Positions 1 to 8,111 of a DNA stretch of 32,000 nucleotides are shown here, piece by piece. Origin of the DNA: an uncultured Acidobacteriota bacterium (GTDB lineage Bacteria; Acidobacteriota; Terriglobia; Acidiferrales; UBA7541). The DNA lies in NCBI GenBank assembly GCA_963701005.1, contig OY969555.1:3805105-3837104 (forward strand), read 5' to 3'. Below the pieces are notes generated by a model. The model did not search any database, was not told the origin of the DNA, and saw nothing but the letters and a program-made list of their open reading frames with translations. How positions within the stretch are numbered: position 1 is the first letter of the stretch; each line of letters opens with the position of its first letter. A program made the translations under genes and the position numbers.

Positions 1-406
1 TTGATTCGCCCTCCTCCGTCGGCGGGTCTGGTTTGAAATGCACCAAATCATTGCGGATTTGAAACAAGAGCGTCAATGCTTGAAAGGGTTGTGAGTTGGC
101 CTCATACGGGCCACCTGTAAGCATCCAGTGCGCCATGTTAAACCTCACTAAAATTGGGAGCCTGCTTAGCTGCGACATCAACTGAGCGAAAGCAGAAGTC
201 ATGGGTGGGGCATTTTCGTAGTCTGCAAAGTCTTGGGCTAATTCGATTAGTTCATTCAAGAAGGCTTCAAGCGACACAGCAGCAAAAACAACGCTTACTA
301 ACGCCTCACGTTTTCCGCCTTCGCGTCGAGGCGCATTTATGCGCTTGGCTGCTTCGAGGGCTATATCGAAAATCACCTCTGTATTTAGAACTCTACTGCT
401 TATCAT
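1..406 (-). CDS. HEPN-like domain protein, N-terminal 135 codons only (gene continues past the left edge)
   Basis: This ORF is missing from the supplied track because it has no stop inside the window. The ATG is the complement of 404-406, and I translated it by hand with no stop down to position 2: MISSRVLNTEVIFDIALEAAKRINAPRREGGKREALVSVVFAAVSLEAFLNELIELAQDF...QALTLLFQIRNDLVHFKPDPPTEEGES. An R-N-D-L-V-H (Rx4H) motif is encoded at 38-55, as in HEPN nuclease families. Confidence 0.55.
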   Translation of the reverse strand, partial: MISSRVLNTEVIFDIALEAAKRINAPRREGGKREALVSVVFAAVSLEAFLNELIELAQDFADYENAPPMTSAFAQLMSQLSRLPILVRFNMAHWMLTGGPYEANSQPFQALTLLFQIRNDLVHFKPDPPTEEGES

Positions 407-566
407 AATCGGGACTATACAGCAGCCGACCCGCCATCCCACCAATTCTTCTCCGGGCGACCACGGCTTCGGGCTTTTGCCGAACTACTGGGAGATCGGG
501 GTGAAGCGATGGTCAATTCGGAAGAAAACTTGAATTGGCTTGTGCGATCTGAACAGGTTGATCGGA

Positions 567-1412
567 TTAACGCTTCGACGGGCGTTTCGGGAACTTCCCT
601 TTTAGAGCATTCCGGGCGATCTTCTTGGTCTCGGGGTGAAAGTCGTTTTCAATCATCCACTCAAGATAGTCGGGGGCGCTTTTTGCCAGGACCTTTAGGG
701 ACGTTCCCTGGTGTTTACCGAATCCGACAACCGCTTCGTTGTTGCGCCAAACAAACTTCTCTCCTGCATCAACGAAGCGGTCATCCAAACTGGTGCAGAG
801 TTCATGAAGCGATTCCAGGTCCGTCGGGAGATCGTCATACCGTGCGATCTGGGCTTGCAGAATGCGCCAAGTTGCCCGCGCGTCTTCCAGCGCCGAATGC
901 GCACCATCGTGTTCCAATCCGCAAAAAAACCTATAGGCCGCTGAAAGGTCCCTTGGCTCTTTGAGATGAAATATCCTGCAAGCGTCTACAACGCGCCTCC
1001 CTTCAATAGAAAAATCTATGCCTACACGGGCAAACTCGGATTTAAGCATTCGGAGATCAAAGCGAATCAGGTTAAAACCCGCCAGGTCACATCCGTCAAG
1101 ACTCTTAATAACCTTCTTGGCGATCCGCTTGAATGAGGGCGCATCCCTCACATCGGCATCGCTGATACCGTGAATAGCCGTCGCCTCCTCTGGGATGGGT
1201 ATTTTGGGGTTGACGCGGGTGTGGTACTTCGTTCGCCTTCCGTACGGATACACTTTCAGAACCGCCACCTCCACGATCCTGTCGTGGTCCGTCCAAGTCC
1301 CAGTAGTTTCCAGGTCAATGACAGCGAGCGGGTGATTCAGTTTTAGGGTTCGACGAATCGCAGCAGACGGCCCTTGTGATCCTTCTCGGCTCCTTGCCAT
1401 CAGCACGGCCAT
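567..1412 (-). CDS. DEDDh 3'-5' exonuclease (DnaQ/epsilon-like) with ExoX-like C-terminal domain
   Basis: Taken from ORF 567..1658(-). I moved the start to the internal ATG (complement of 1410-1412, MAVLMARS) because the 82 upstream codons are low complexity. Motifs seen: LAVIDLETTG, HGISDADV and HSALEDA (H-x4-D). The C-terminal FGKHQGTSLKVLAKSAPDYLEWMIEN resembles the small C-terminal domain of ExoX-type exonucleases. Confidence 0.8.
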   Translation of the reverse strand: MAVLMARSREGSQGPSAAIRRTLKLNHPLAVIDLETTGTWTDHDRIVEVAVLKVYPYGRRTKYHTRVNPKIPIPEEATAIHGISDADVRDAPSFKRIAKKVIKSLDGCDLAGFNLIRFDLRMLKSEFARVGIDFSIEGRRVVDACRIFHLKEPRDLSAAYRFFCGLEHDGAHSALEDARATWRILQAQIARYDDLPTDLESLHELCTSLDDRFVDAGEKFVWRNNEAVVGFGKHQGTSLKVLAKSAPDYLEWMIENDFHPETKKIARNALKGKFPKRPSKR

Positions 1413-1761
1413 GTTGACTGTCCTTTTCCGAGTTTCAACGCTTGCAGGCCAAGTATACTCCGCGCGAACTAAAATCCGCTGCACTGAGAACCACAAATTG
1501 ACGAGGCTGGAGCAAGTCGAGGCCACGCTAACCACCCCAGGCGGCGACGTGTTCCCAGTCATTCTCACCCTGACCATCGCAGAACTTCCCGGCGCAATGG
1601 GGGTCGAATCAGAAGAAGTAGCGCGCGTGGAACTGGCGAGCCGCGTGCCGGATGGCACCTACATGCTGGATTACTTTTATATCAGGCCAGTCCACCGGAC
1701 GGTAGTTGTGAAACTCGGCAGCTTTGTAGCGGCACAGTTTCGGGCTGCGCGGCCGCCGTAA
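1411..1761 (+). CDS. hypothetical protein (doubtful)
   Basis: This is the only sizeable ORF in a 400-bp gap. It has no recognisable domain and no SD sequence. Its ATG overlaps the divergent exonuclease start codon. Confidence 0.25.
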   Translation: MLTVLFRVSTLAGQVYSARTKIRCTENHKLTRLEQVEATLTTPGGDVFPVILTLTIAELPGAMGVESEEVARVELASRVPDGTYMLDYFYIRPVHRTVVVKLGSFVAAQFRAARPP

Positions 1762-1812
1762 CCCGCGCGTTTGGCAGCGCCGAACATTTCCCGAGGAATC
1801 CTCACTGAAGCC

Positions 1813-1986
1813 TTAGGCCTTAGGGTGCTTAAAGTGCCTCTTGAGCCGGGTCTTTACCCACCCGCCAAGTGCGTCGTAATCGCGCCGGCTTAAAACTTGC
1901 GTTTCTTCACTAGTTTCGCCAATTTTCAGCAGTAAATCCCGCCTCTGCTTACTGTCGAGGCTATTGTACTGCTGTTGCGTTGTCAT
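1813..1986 (-). CDS. small hypothetical protein, 57 aa (below the ORF-track cutoff)
   Basis: Hand translation: MTTQQQYNSLDSKQRRDLLLKIGETSEETQVLSRRDYDALGGWVKTRLKRHFKHPKA, with TAA at 1813-1815. A GGAGAAGG SD-like sequence lies just upstream of the ATG (complement of 1984-1986). It sits 53 bp downstream of the DksA-like gene on the same strand. Confidence 0.4.
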   Translation of the reverse strand: MTTQQQYNSLDSKQRRDLLLKIGETSEETQVLSRRDYDALGGWVKTRLKRHFKHPKA

Positions 1987-2039
1987 GCCTTCTCCATTAC
2001 TTCGCGAGCTTCACGTTGGATATCGGTCCATCGATACTA

Positions 2040-2387
2040 TTAAGCGGCTGAGTGCTCGCGCTCCTTGCAGTCGCGGCAGTGGCGCGTCCAAGGCACAGCT
2101 TCGAGCCGCACTTTTGCGATTGGCCTCTTGCAGGATTCGCACACGCCGTAAACTCGATGATAGATCCGGCTCAATGCCTCATCGATAGCTCGCAAAAGTC
2201 GCCCGTCGGTACGGTGCAATTGAATCTCCAGCTCCGCTTCTGCATCAGCACTCGCTTGGTCTACAGGATCTCCCTCGACGTGCCCCGCCCCTGGAACCAC
2301 CGCACCCGCGCTCGTGCTGTCGATCAGTAACTCCTGACGCTTCTCGACCAACAGCATTTTGTATCTCCGCAAATGCTTGGCGTACAT
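2040..2387 (-). CDS. DksA/TraR-family C4 zinc-finger protein
   Basis: The C-terminus reads YGVCESCKRPIAKVRLEAVPWTRHCRDCK (CxxC-x17-CxxC), preceded by a coiled-coil-like region with acidic residues. I prefer the ATG at 2387 over the TTG at 2393 because a GGAAG lies 6 nt upstream. Confidence 0.75.
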   Translation of the reverse strand: MYAKHLRRYKMLLVEKRQELLIDSTSAGAVVPGAGHVEGDPVDQASADAEAELEIQLHRTDGRLLRAIDEALSRIYHRVYGVCESCKRPIAKVRLEAVPWTRHCRDCKEREHSAA

Positions 2388-2585
2388 ATTCAACTTCCGG
2401 GGAGAATGAGTCTCCCTGAGCCCAGGATTTTACACCCACGGGGCTGCGCTTTTCGTGTGCTCAATCTCCTGGGAGATACGAGTCCCGCCACCCACTGGTC
2501 CTAAGCGCCCATCACGCCTATCCCGCCGGATCAAACTAGGAGTATATTCTCGGCAATCGAGGCCCGCCGGACCTAAGGAGTTGCC

Positions 2586-2813
2586 ATGCAAGAAAAAATT
2601 GGGACCACTGCTGGAGCAATTTGGCAGGCGCTAAACGTCAAAGGCGAGCTGACTCCTGTACAACTCAAAAGAGCGGTGAAGGGGAAAGTTCCCATCTTCG
2701 ACTGGGCAATTGGTTGGCTGGCGCGTGAAGAAAAGATCGTGATTACGCCCGAGAAGCGCTCGTTCCGTATTCGTTTAAGAGAAGCCCAAGCAAAAACAGC
2801 CGCTCCTTCGTGA
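2586..2813 (+). CDS. small winged-helix protein (DUF2582-like)
   Basis: 75 aa: MQEKIGTTAGAIWQALNVKGELTPVQLKRAVKGKVPIFDWAIGWLAREEKI. This matches my memory of the DUF2582 wHTH family. A strong SD (TAAGGAG) lies upstream. Confidence 0.6.
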   Translation: MQEKIGTTAGAIWQALNVKGELTPVQLKRAVKGKVPIFDWAIGWLAREEKIVITPEKRSFRIRLREAQAKTAAPS

Positions 2814-2960
2814 CCTCGGCTTCAATCAATGTTCGATCGCGAGTTCCCACGCATCGGCCCTCCGGGGACAGGCAGCATCCGTCGCGGCTTATCGTCAATG
2901 CTTTTTCACATTCCATTGATTTCCTTGGAACAATGCGGGCCTACATTGCGAGCGAGAACA

Positions 2961-3167
2961 ATGAAGATCCCAACACCAGAAGCCGTGTTCAGTTATCTAG
3001 CCTGGCGAGCCACCGAAGAATACTATGATGCCGAGTTTTTGGAAGAGTGCGCCCAGAGGTTCGAGGCGGACAGAGAACCTTTTCTTCACAACGCCAAGAT
3101 TTACAGGGAGAGAGCCCAAAATATTCGCGCCTACTTAGCCTTCCTATGCGGCGACGGACTGGCGTAG
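2961..3167 (+). CDS. hypothetical small protein (68 aa)
   Basis: This is the internal ATG of ORF 2829..3167 (MKIPTPEAVFSYLAWRATEEYYDAEFLEECAQRFEADREPF...). No domain recognised. Confidence 0.35.
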   Translation: MKIPTPEAVFSYLAWRATEEYYDAEFLEECAQRFEADREPFLHNAKIYRERAQNIRAYLAFLCGDGLA

Positions 3168-3236
3168 CCCCAGCCGTTGCGGACGTAGATGTGCCCAAGC
3201 AGGTGCCAGGGATGTGCACCATCGAGATTCGATTTC

Positions 3237-3629
3237 CTAGGTCTTTGCGCGGCGCCCAGTTGGACGGGCCATTTTCTGAGCCATGAATAGCAGTAGCTTG
3301 CGGTCGCTCTCGCTGGCCCGCTTCAGAAGCCTACGGAAGTTGCTTAGGGTCCGAGCGTCTTTGCCAGAATTGCCCCAGGAGCCAGTGTCTCCGCTCTGGC
3401 GCTTAGGAATATTTGGCATCTTCGGGGGTTCCTCACCATCGTAGAAGAGTTGATAGAGAGGAACTTCGAAGGCCCGTGCCATTTTTTCCAGCGTTTCGAT
3501 GGCCGGAACGGTATGGCCATTCTCGACTCGTGAAATGTAACAGCGCAGCAACCCTGTGCGTTTTTCGATGTCACCCTGCGAGAGATTCTTCTGTTCCCTT
3601 AAACCACGCAACCTATCCGCGATCACCAT
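3237..3629 (-). CDS. XRE-family helix-turn-helix transcriptional regulator
   Basis: MVIADRLRGLREQKNLSQGDIEKRTGLLRCYISRVENGHTVPAIETLEKMARAFEV is a classic Cro/C1 HTH. The start is placed at the ATG (complement of 3627-3629), which has an AAGGAG SD upstream. A basic C-terminal extension of about 60 aa follows the HTH. Confidence 0.85.
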   Translation of the reverse strand: MVIADRLRGLREQKNLSQGDIEKRTGLLRCYISRVENGHTVPAIETLEKMARAFEVPLYQLFYDGEEPPKMPNIPKRQSGDTGSWGNSGKDARTLSNFRRLLKRASESDRKLLLFMAQKMARPTGRRAKT

Positions 3630-4018
3630 TTTCAACTCCTTATCTATGCTCTGAAGTAATGCTAACAGGGTAGCCTCGCATATTGAGAATGTACTGGCAA
3701 GAATCTCTGTTGAATGGGAGAGCCTACTCACATCGTACCCCCCTGGTGAGATTGAAATGCATCAGCCCGAAGCGGTGGGAAGAAATCGCCGCCCTCTCCC
3801 CAACGCAGTAAATCCCCACAGCGATTTCCGCCCGCAGTTTCCCGCCTCAACCGCCAGTCCTCTCAAAACTTCTCATCCATTATCTAAAGCTATCGTGGAG
3901 TACCAGGCTGCATATTGGCGAATCGATGAGACCCCGTGGGAATAAGTCCATTCTTTCTAAATATCTGACCGCTTTTAGATTTTGCAAGATAGTACCGTAG
4001 CCCGCTAAATAATAATGC

Positions 4019-4046
4019 TTGACATCGCCGAAAACAGCTCCATAAT
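4019..4046 (+). promoter_or_regulatory. sigma70-like promoter candidate for the exported-protein cluster
   Basis: TTGACA (4019-4024), a 16-nt spacer, then CATAAT (4041-4046). It lies about 120 bp upstream of the 4164 start. Found by sequence match only. Confidence 0.3.
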
Positions 4047-4163
4047 GCGCTCGAATCGCCACCCCGAACACGACTTGCCACAAGCAATAAGGGGCAACAA
4101 CGCTAAATTGGTTTTTAGGTTTTGCGGAAGTGGTGTGCGCTGACAGGTCCACGGGAGGGTTTT

Positions 4164-4856
4164 ATGCGAAGAGCCTGGGGAGTATTTCGCGCTTTCCAGT
4201 CGGGTGCCATATGGCGACCGACGATCGCCATCGTGATAATCGCGGTGATGTTTTCCGCCCAGTTATTTGCCGAGTGCAACTGCGGTGGCCCCACCTGCTG
4301 CATATGCAGTACGCCAATCATTATCGACGTGAGCGGACAGGGCTACCAACTGACCAGCCTTGCTAACGGGGTGACTTTTGACTTCTTCGGCACGGGCCAG
4401 CCAATTCAAATCGCTTGGACAGCGGCCGACTCAGGCAATGCTTTCCTTGCCCTGCCTGGAAGTGATGGTTTGGTCCACAACGGCAAGCAGCTTTTTGGCA
4501 ATCTCACGCCCCAACCGCAATCCACCGACCCCAACGGCTTCCTAGCATTGGCGCAATATGACCTCCCTGCGAACGGGGGAAACGGTGATGGAGTCATTGA
4601 CGTCAACGACAAGATTTTCTCATCGCTGCGGCTCTGGGTGGATGCCAATCACGACGGTATTTGTCAGCCGGAGGAGTTGCACACGCTCCCCTCGATGGGC
4701 GTCTATTCAATCAGTCTGGACTACTGGTTGTCACAGAAGCGCGACCAGTACGGCAATCTGTTTCGTTATCGCAGCACGGTGAACGAAGGCATTCCCGATA
4801 GCGTTTCCCAAGTCGATCACGTTGTCTATGATGTGGGGCTGGTCTGGGGGGATTAG
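4164..4856 (+). CDS. exported protein with cysteine-dense N-terminus and Ca-binding-like Asp/Asn/Gly loops
   Basis: The start is placed at the ATG at 4164, after a GGGAGGG SD. A hydrophobic signal-like segment (IAIVIIAVMFSAQLFA) is followed by ECNCGGPTCCICS. The motifs NGGNGDGVIDVNDKIF and DANHDGICQPEEL resemble EF-hand or dockerin-type Ca loops. Confidence 0.65.
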   Translation: MRRAWGVFRAFQSGAIWRPTIAIVIIAVMFSAQLFAECNCGGPTCCICSTPIIIDVSGQGYQLTSLANGVTFDFFGTGQPIQIAWTAADSGNAFLALPGSDGLVHNGKQLFGNLTPQPQSTDPNGFLALAQYDLPANGGNGDGVIDVNDKIFSSLRLWVDANHDGICQPEELHTLPSMGVYSISLDYWLSQKRDQYGNLFRYRSTVNEGIPDSVSQVDHVVYDVGLVWGD

Positions 4857-4913
4857 GTCGATTGATGAAGTCCATTTGTATCCGCTTTGGAGTAATCGCT
4901 AAGGAGTGACACC

Positions 4914-5297
4914 ATGCCAAGAAAAACAGCGACAAGAATATGCACTTTGTTGATCGGCGTTGTCGTGATGCTTCTTTTTGCGAGCACCACGAGCGCACAG
5001 AGTTGTCCTCCTCCTCCTGAACCCTGCAAGGTGCCTTTATTCAATTCCACATGCACAAACGGCAGTAACGGCGTGCTGACCTGCTACTTCGGGGGATATG
5101 GCACCTGCTGCAACCCAACAATCCAGGCATCCACGAATTCGAGCGGCGGAGACACCTGTAATAATGCGGGTACTTGCTACATTGATGTGGTTGGGCAGAC
5201 AACGTACAGCACCTGTTGTTGTGCGAGCGCCTATGTAAACAGCGATTGCAGCGCTTTTACCGGGGGCGCGATTTGCGAAACAGAAACCACCGTCTGA
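4914..5297 (+). CDS. small secreted cysteine-rich protein (13 Cys in about 98 mature residues)
   Basis: AAGGAG SD upstream. The signal peptide is MPRKTATRICTLLIGVVVMLLFASTTSAQS. The mature part contains CC and CCC runs and is rich in Thr, Ser, Gly and Asn. Confidence 0.65.
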   Translation: MPRKTATRICTLLIGVVVMLLFASTTSAQSCPPPPEPCKVPLFNSTCTNGSNGVLTCYFGGYGTCCNPTIQASTNSSGGDTCNNAGTCYIDVVGQTTYSTCCCASAYVNSDCSAFTGGAICETETTV

Positions 5298-5324
5298 AGG
5301 GATCAATAGCCCTGGAGGAATACC

Positions 5325-6062
5325 GTGAGTCACAATCCAAAATTGGTCGTTTTGCTGCTCTTGTGTATCGGCTCAGCGTTCCCGGTGTTTGCACAGGTGT
5401 ACAACATTTCTGTACCTGTAACAGATTCTACAGGCTCAAATAGCCCCTTGGCAATTCGCGGCGATGTGTCCTTTCATGTCCAAGTTTCGTCTGACAACGT
5501 AAAGACAGAACGGGCCGTGAATGTAAGCCTAACCAATATTTCCAGCAAGGCCATTATCGCCTATGAAGTAGCCATAGACGCGAAACCAGACCAAGGTGCG
5601 GGGGTTCATTTCCTCGAACAAGTCGATCACTTCTTTCGCCCGACCCTTAGCTTTCTGCCAGGAACACAACAATTCATTAAGGCTCCTTCCCGGATGTTGC
5701 AGACCGCACCACGCAAGGAGGGCTCCAAGACGGTGGATTCCAAGGCCGACGCGAAAGTATTGTTTATTGAATTTGAGGATGGGTCCACATTTGGACGAAG
5801 CAACTGGGGAAAGGGCCTATCGGCAGCCCGGAAAGTAACGGTGGACCGCATTCAGGAAATCCTAAATACTGTCCAAGCTACTGGGCCGGGTGCCCTCGAA
5901 AAATCTCTGGCGGCTGAAGTCGCTAGGGAAGACAATCCTGCTGTGACGAGGGCTCTAATGAACCACCTAAAGGATACTCTGAAGGCGAGCGGTCCAGATG
6001 CAGCACTATCCGCACTCAACGACTCGCTGAATACCGCAGAAGAGCGAAGGCTCGTTCGGTAG
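5325..6062 (+). CDS. exported hypothetical protein
   Basis: GTG start with a GGAGGA SD 5 nt upstream. Signal peptide LVVLLLLCIGSAFPVFAQ. No domain recognised. Confidence 0.6.
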   Translation: MSHNPKLVVLLLLCIGSAFPVFAQVYNISVPVTDSTGSNSPLAIRGDVSFHVQVSSDNVKTERAVNVSLTNISSKAIIAYEVAIDAKPDQGAGVHFLEQVDHFFRPTLSFLPGTQQFIKAPSRMLQTAPRKEGSKTVDSKADAKVLFIEFEDGSTFGRSNWGKGLSAARKVTVDRIQEILNTVQATGPGALEKSLAAEVAREDNPAVTRALMNHLKDTLKASGPDAALSALNDSLNTAEERRLVR

Positions 6063-6139
6063 GGCGCGAGTACGTCGGCTACCGCACGGCCACCAGAGCC
6101 CGTTTTCGTTACGGCCCCGCCCAAGCGGTCAAGACAGCT

Positions 6140-6448
6140 ATGACGGAACACGCGAATAGCCCGCTGACCTACCCAGGGAAGCCCGACTGGGGAAGCAAAC
6201 CATTCTTGCGGGTTTACTCCAAATTTTACGGTCTCGTCGTTTTCATCGTCATCTGCGGATATCTGTGGAAGTTTCAACGACAGCACAAGCCGGTGGTTGG
6301 GCAAGTGAGCGTCGCCGCGTTGGGCTTGATACTCGCGGTCTCCCTGGTCGCAGACTTGGTAATGAAGACCGACCGGAGTAGGGCATTCTTCCTTTGGTAT
6401 CAGATTGTTTTCATTCTGGCGATGACGATCTATCTCTTTGTATGGTAG
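6140..6448 (+). CDS. small integral membrane protein (about 3 TM)
   Basis: Hydrophobic segments FYGLVVFIVICGYLW, VSVAALGLILAVSLVADLV and FFLWYQIVFILAMTIYLFVW. Confidence 0.5.
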   Translation: MTEHANSPLTYPGKPDWGSKPFLRVYSKFYGLVVFIVICGYLWKFQRQHKPVVGQVSVAALGLILAVSLVADLVMKTDRSRAFFLWYQIVFILAMTIYLFVW

Positions 6449-6469
6449 CGACGGAGAAGGGGTCGAACA

Positions 6470-7264
6470 ATGGTACGCCTCAGAATTATTTTCTGTGCCG
6501 CTTTGTTGGCCTTGATTTGCAGCGATACTTCTCGGGCGCAGACGCAACCCTCACAACCTCCAGCGTGCCCTCCAGTTGAGAGATATGCTTGGCATTTGCC
6601 ACAGGTGGACATTCGTGCTGGGTGCCCTTTTTCAGCCGTCATTGAGATCACGAACAGCCAGACGTTGGCCGACGGAACACATATTCAGTCGAGCGGCGGC
6701 AAAACGCTCATCTATCGGGATTCCTTGGGTAGAGTTCGCATCGAGAGCCACCCGCCCCCGCAAGAAGCACCGATAATGATTCAGATATACGACCCCGTGG
6801 AGGGATTTGTGTACGTGCTTCCCCCTGAGTCTACTATTGCCATCCGCATGAAGTTATTTGACCCGAAAGAGGTTCCGACAGCGGTGCCGAAAGTCGGCGC
6901 GCAAGATCAACACGCATCCGCTCAGGCTTCCGCTAAGACTTCTGCTCAGTCTTCTGCTCCCCCGCCAGCGCCGAAACCAACAGTTGAGAGCGAAAGGCTG
7001 GAGCCTCAGGAGATGGAAGGTCTCTTGACGACCGGAAGGAGGATTACAAGGACGATTGCGGTGGGCGCAGAGGGCAATGATCGCGCCCTCACGATTGTCA
7101 CGGAGACTTGGAGTTCGCAAGATATGGGCATCATGCTTCTGGAGAAGAACTCCGACCCGCGTTCCGGAGCCAGCGAAAAGCGAATGACGAATCTGGTGCA
7201 GGCAGAACCTGACGTAGCCATGTTCCAAGTGCCTGCGGATTACACAATCAAGGACCAACAATAG
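6470..7264 (+). CDS. exported hypothetical protein
   Basis: Signal peptide MVRLRIIFCAALLALICSDTSRAQ with a GGAGAAGGGG SD upstream. The central linker (ASAQASAKTSAQSSAPPPAP) is low complexity. Confidence 0.6.
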   Translation: MVRLRIIFCAALLALICSDTSRAQTQPSQPPACPPVERYAWHLPQVDIRAGCPFSAVIEITNSQTLADGTHIQSSGGKTLIYRDSLGRVRIESHPPPQEAPIMIQIYDPVEGFVYVLPPESTIAIRMKLFDPKEVPTAVPKVGAQDQHASAQASAKTSAQSSAPPPAPKPTVESERLEPQEMEGLLTTGRRITRTIAVGAEGNDRALTIVTETWSSQDMGIMLLEKNSDPRSGASEKRMTNLVQAEPDVAMFQVPADYTIKDQQ

Positions 7265-7276
7265 ATGGAGCGCTGA

Positions 7277-7540
7277 ATGGACGGCTGCGCGGCTCCCGCC
7301 TTCGTGCTGGATGGGAAAATCCGGAAAATGGAGAAGGAATAGAGCCACGCCAAGTTGTCGGTCCGCTATCCGAAGGAGATCTTCGCGACTTTGATCTGGG
7401 GAAGTGACAGACCCCAATACGGGCGCCCTGAGGAGACATACCGGGATAAACAGGTTTGCGTCACCGGAAAGATAACCAGCTACCGAGGAGTCCCGGAAAT
7501 CGTAGCCAGTGACCCGAGTCAAATTCAAATCCAAAAGTAA
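7277..7540 (+). pseudogene. remnant of an OB-fold-like small protein interrupted by an in-frame TAG
   Basis: The frame reads MDGCAAPAFVLDGKIRKMEKE, then TAG (7340-7342), then SHAKLSVRYPKEIFATLIWGSDRPQYGRPEETYRDKQVCVTGKITSYRGVPEIVASDPSQIQIQK. The C-terminal half resembles a family of small exported OB-fold proteins that I recall only from memory. There is no signal peptide and the N-terminus is short. Confidence 0.35.
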
Positions 7541-7636
7541 TTGCACCCATTGGTTCCCACTTGGAATACAATCCGACCACGCTGAGGTGCTTCTCCGATT
7601 CACCCCGAACACCATCGCGCGCCCCGTCTTTCGTTC

Positions 7637-7912
7637 GTGGCCGGCATCGATCTCACCGATCTAGAATCCGAAAGGCACCTTGCGGCACACATCAAGGACC
7701 TGAACCTGCTGGGGTGCTATGTCGAAACAGTGACCCCGTTCCCGGAGGGCACGAAGGTTAGACTGCACATCTCGCATGCTGGCAAGAACTTTAGTGCTAT
7801 AGGAAAAGTGGCTTATTCGCGGCCCAATTCGGGGATGGGAATCGCCTTCATCACGATTGAGCCGAGCAGCCTGACCGTCTTGGATGTTTGGCTGGCGGAC
7901 TTGAGAAAATAG
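7637..7912 (+). CDS. PilZ-like domain protein with an unresolved start
   Basis: DLNLLGCYVETVTPFPEGTKVRLHISHAGKNFSAIGKVAYSRPNSGMGIAFI fits the PilZ beta-barrel pattern (DxSxxG with N in place of S). The RxxxR-like element (HRAPR) is encoded upstream of the first GTG, in the same frame. No ATG, GTG or TTG lies between it and an in-frame TGA at 7583-7585. TTG codons at 7541 and 7550 precede that TGA. Confidence 0.5.
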   Translation: MAGIDLTDLESERHLAAHIKDLNLLGCYVETVTPFPEGTKVRLHISHAGKNFSAIGKVAYSRPNSGMGIAFITIEPSSLTVLDVWLADLRK

Positions 7913-8111
7913 CAGTTCCGCGGTGAGGGGAAGGCGGGGCCTTTCCTTTCTGAGGCGAGACCCCGTCTTGCGCCTGACCGGATATGAGTGGTACTCCTTC
8001 GAGGCTCCCTCTCATTGAAGCCAGGCAGGAGTCAGGCGCGTAAAGAACATACTACAATCGGGACTTCACTTCCAAGGATACAGGACCTATTGCCGTGAAC
8101 GGTTTGCCCGC

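Noticed and set aside
5852-7615. Minus-strand ORFs of 231 aa (5852-6547) and 253 aa (6854-7615).
   Set aside because: They run antisense across two or three plus-strand genes that have SDs and signal peptides. Their translations are low complexity, with no start context.
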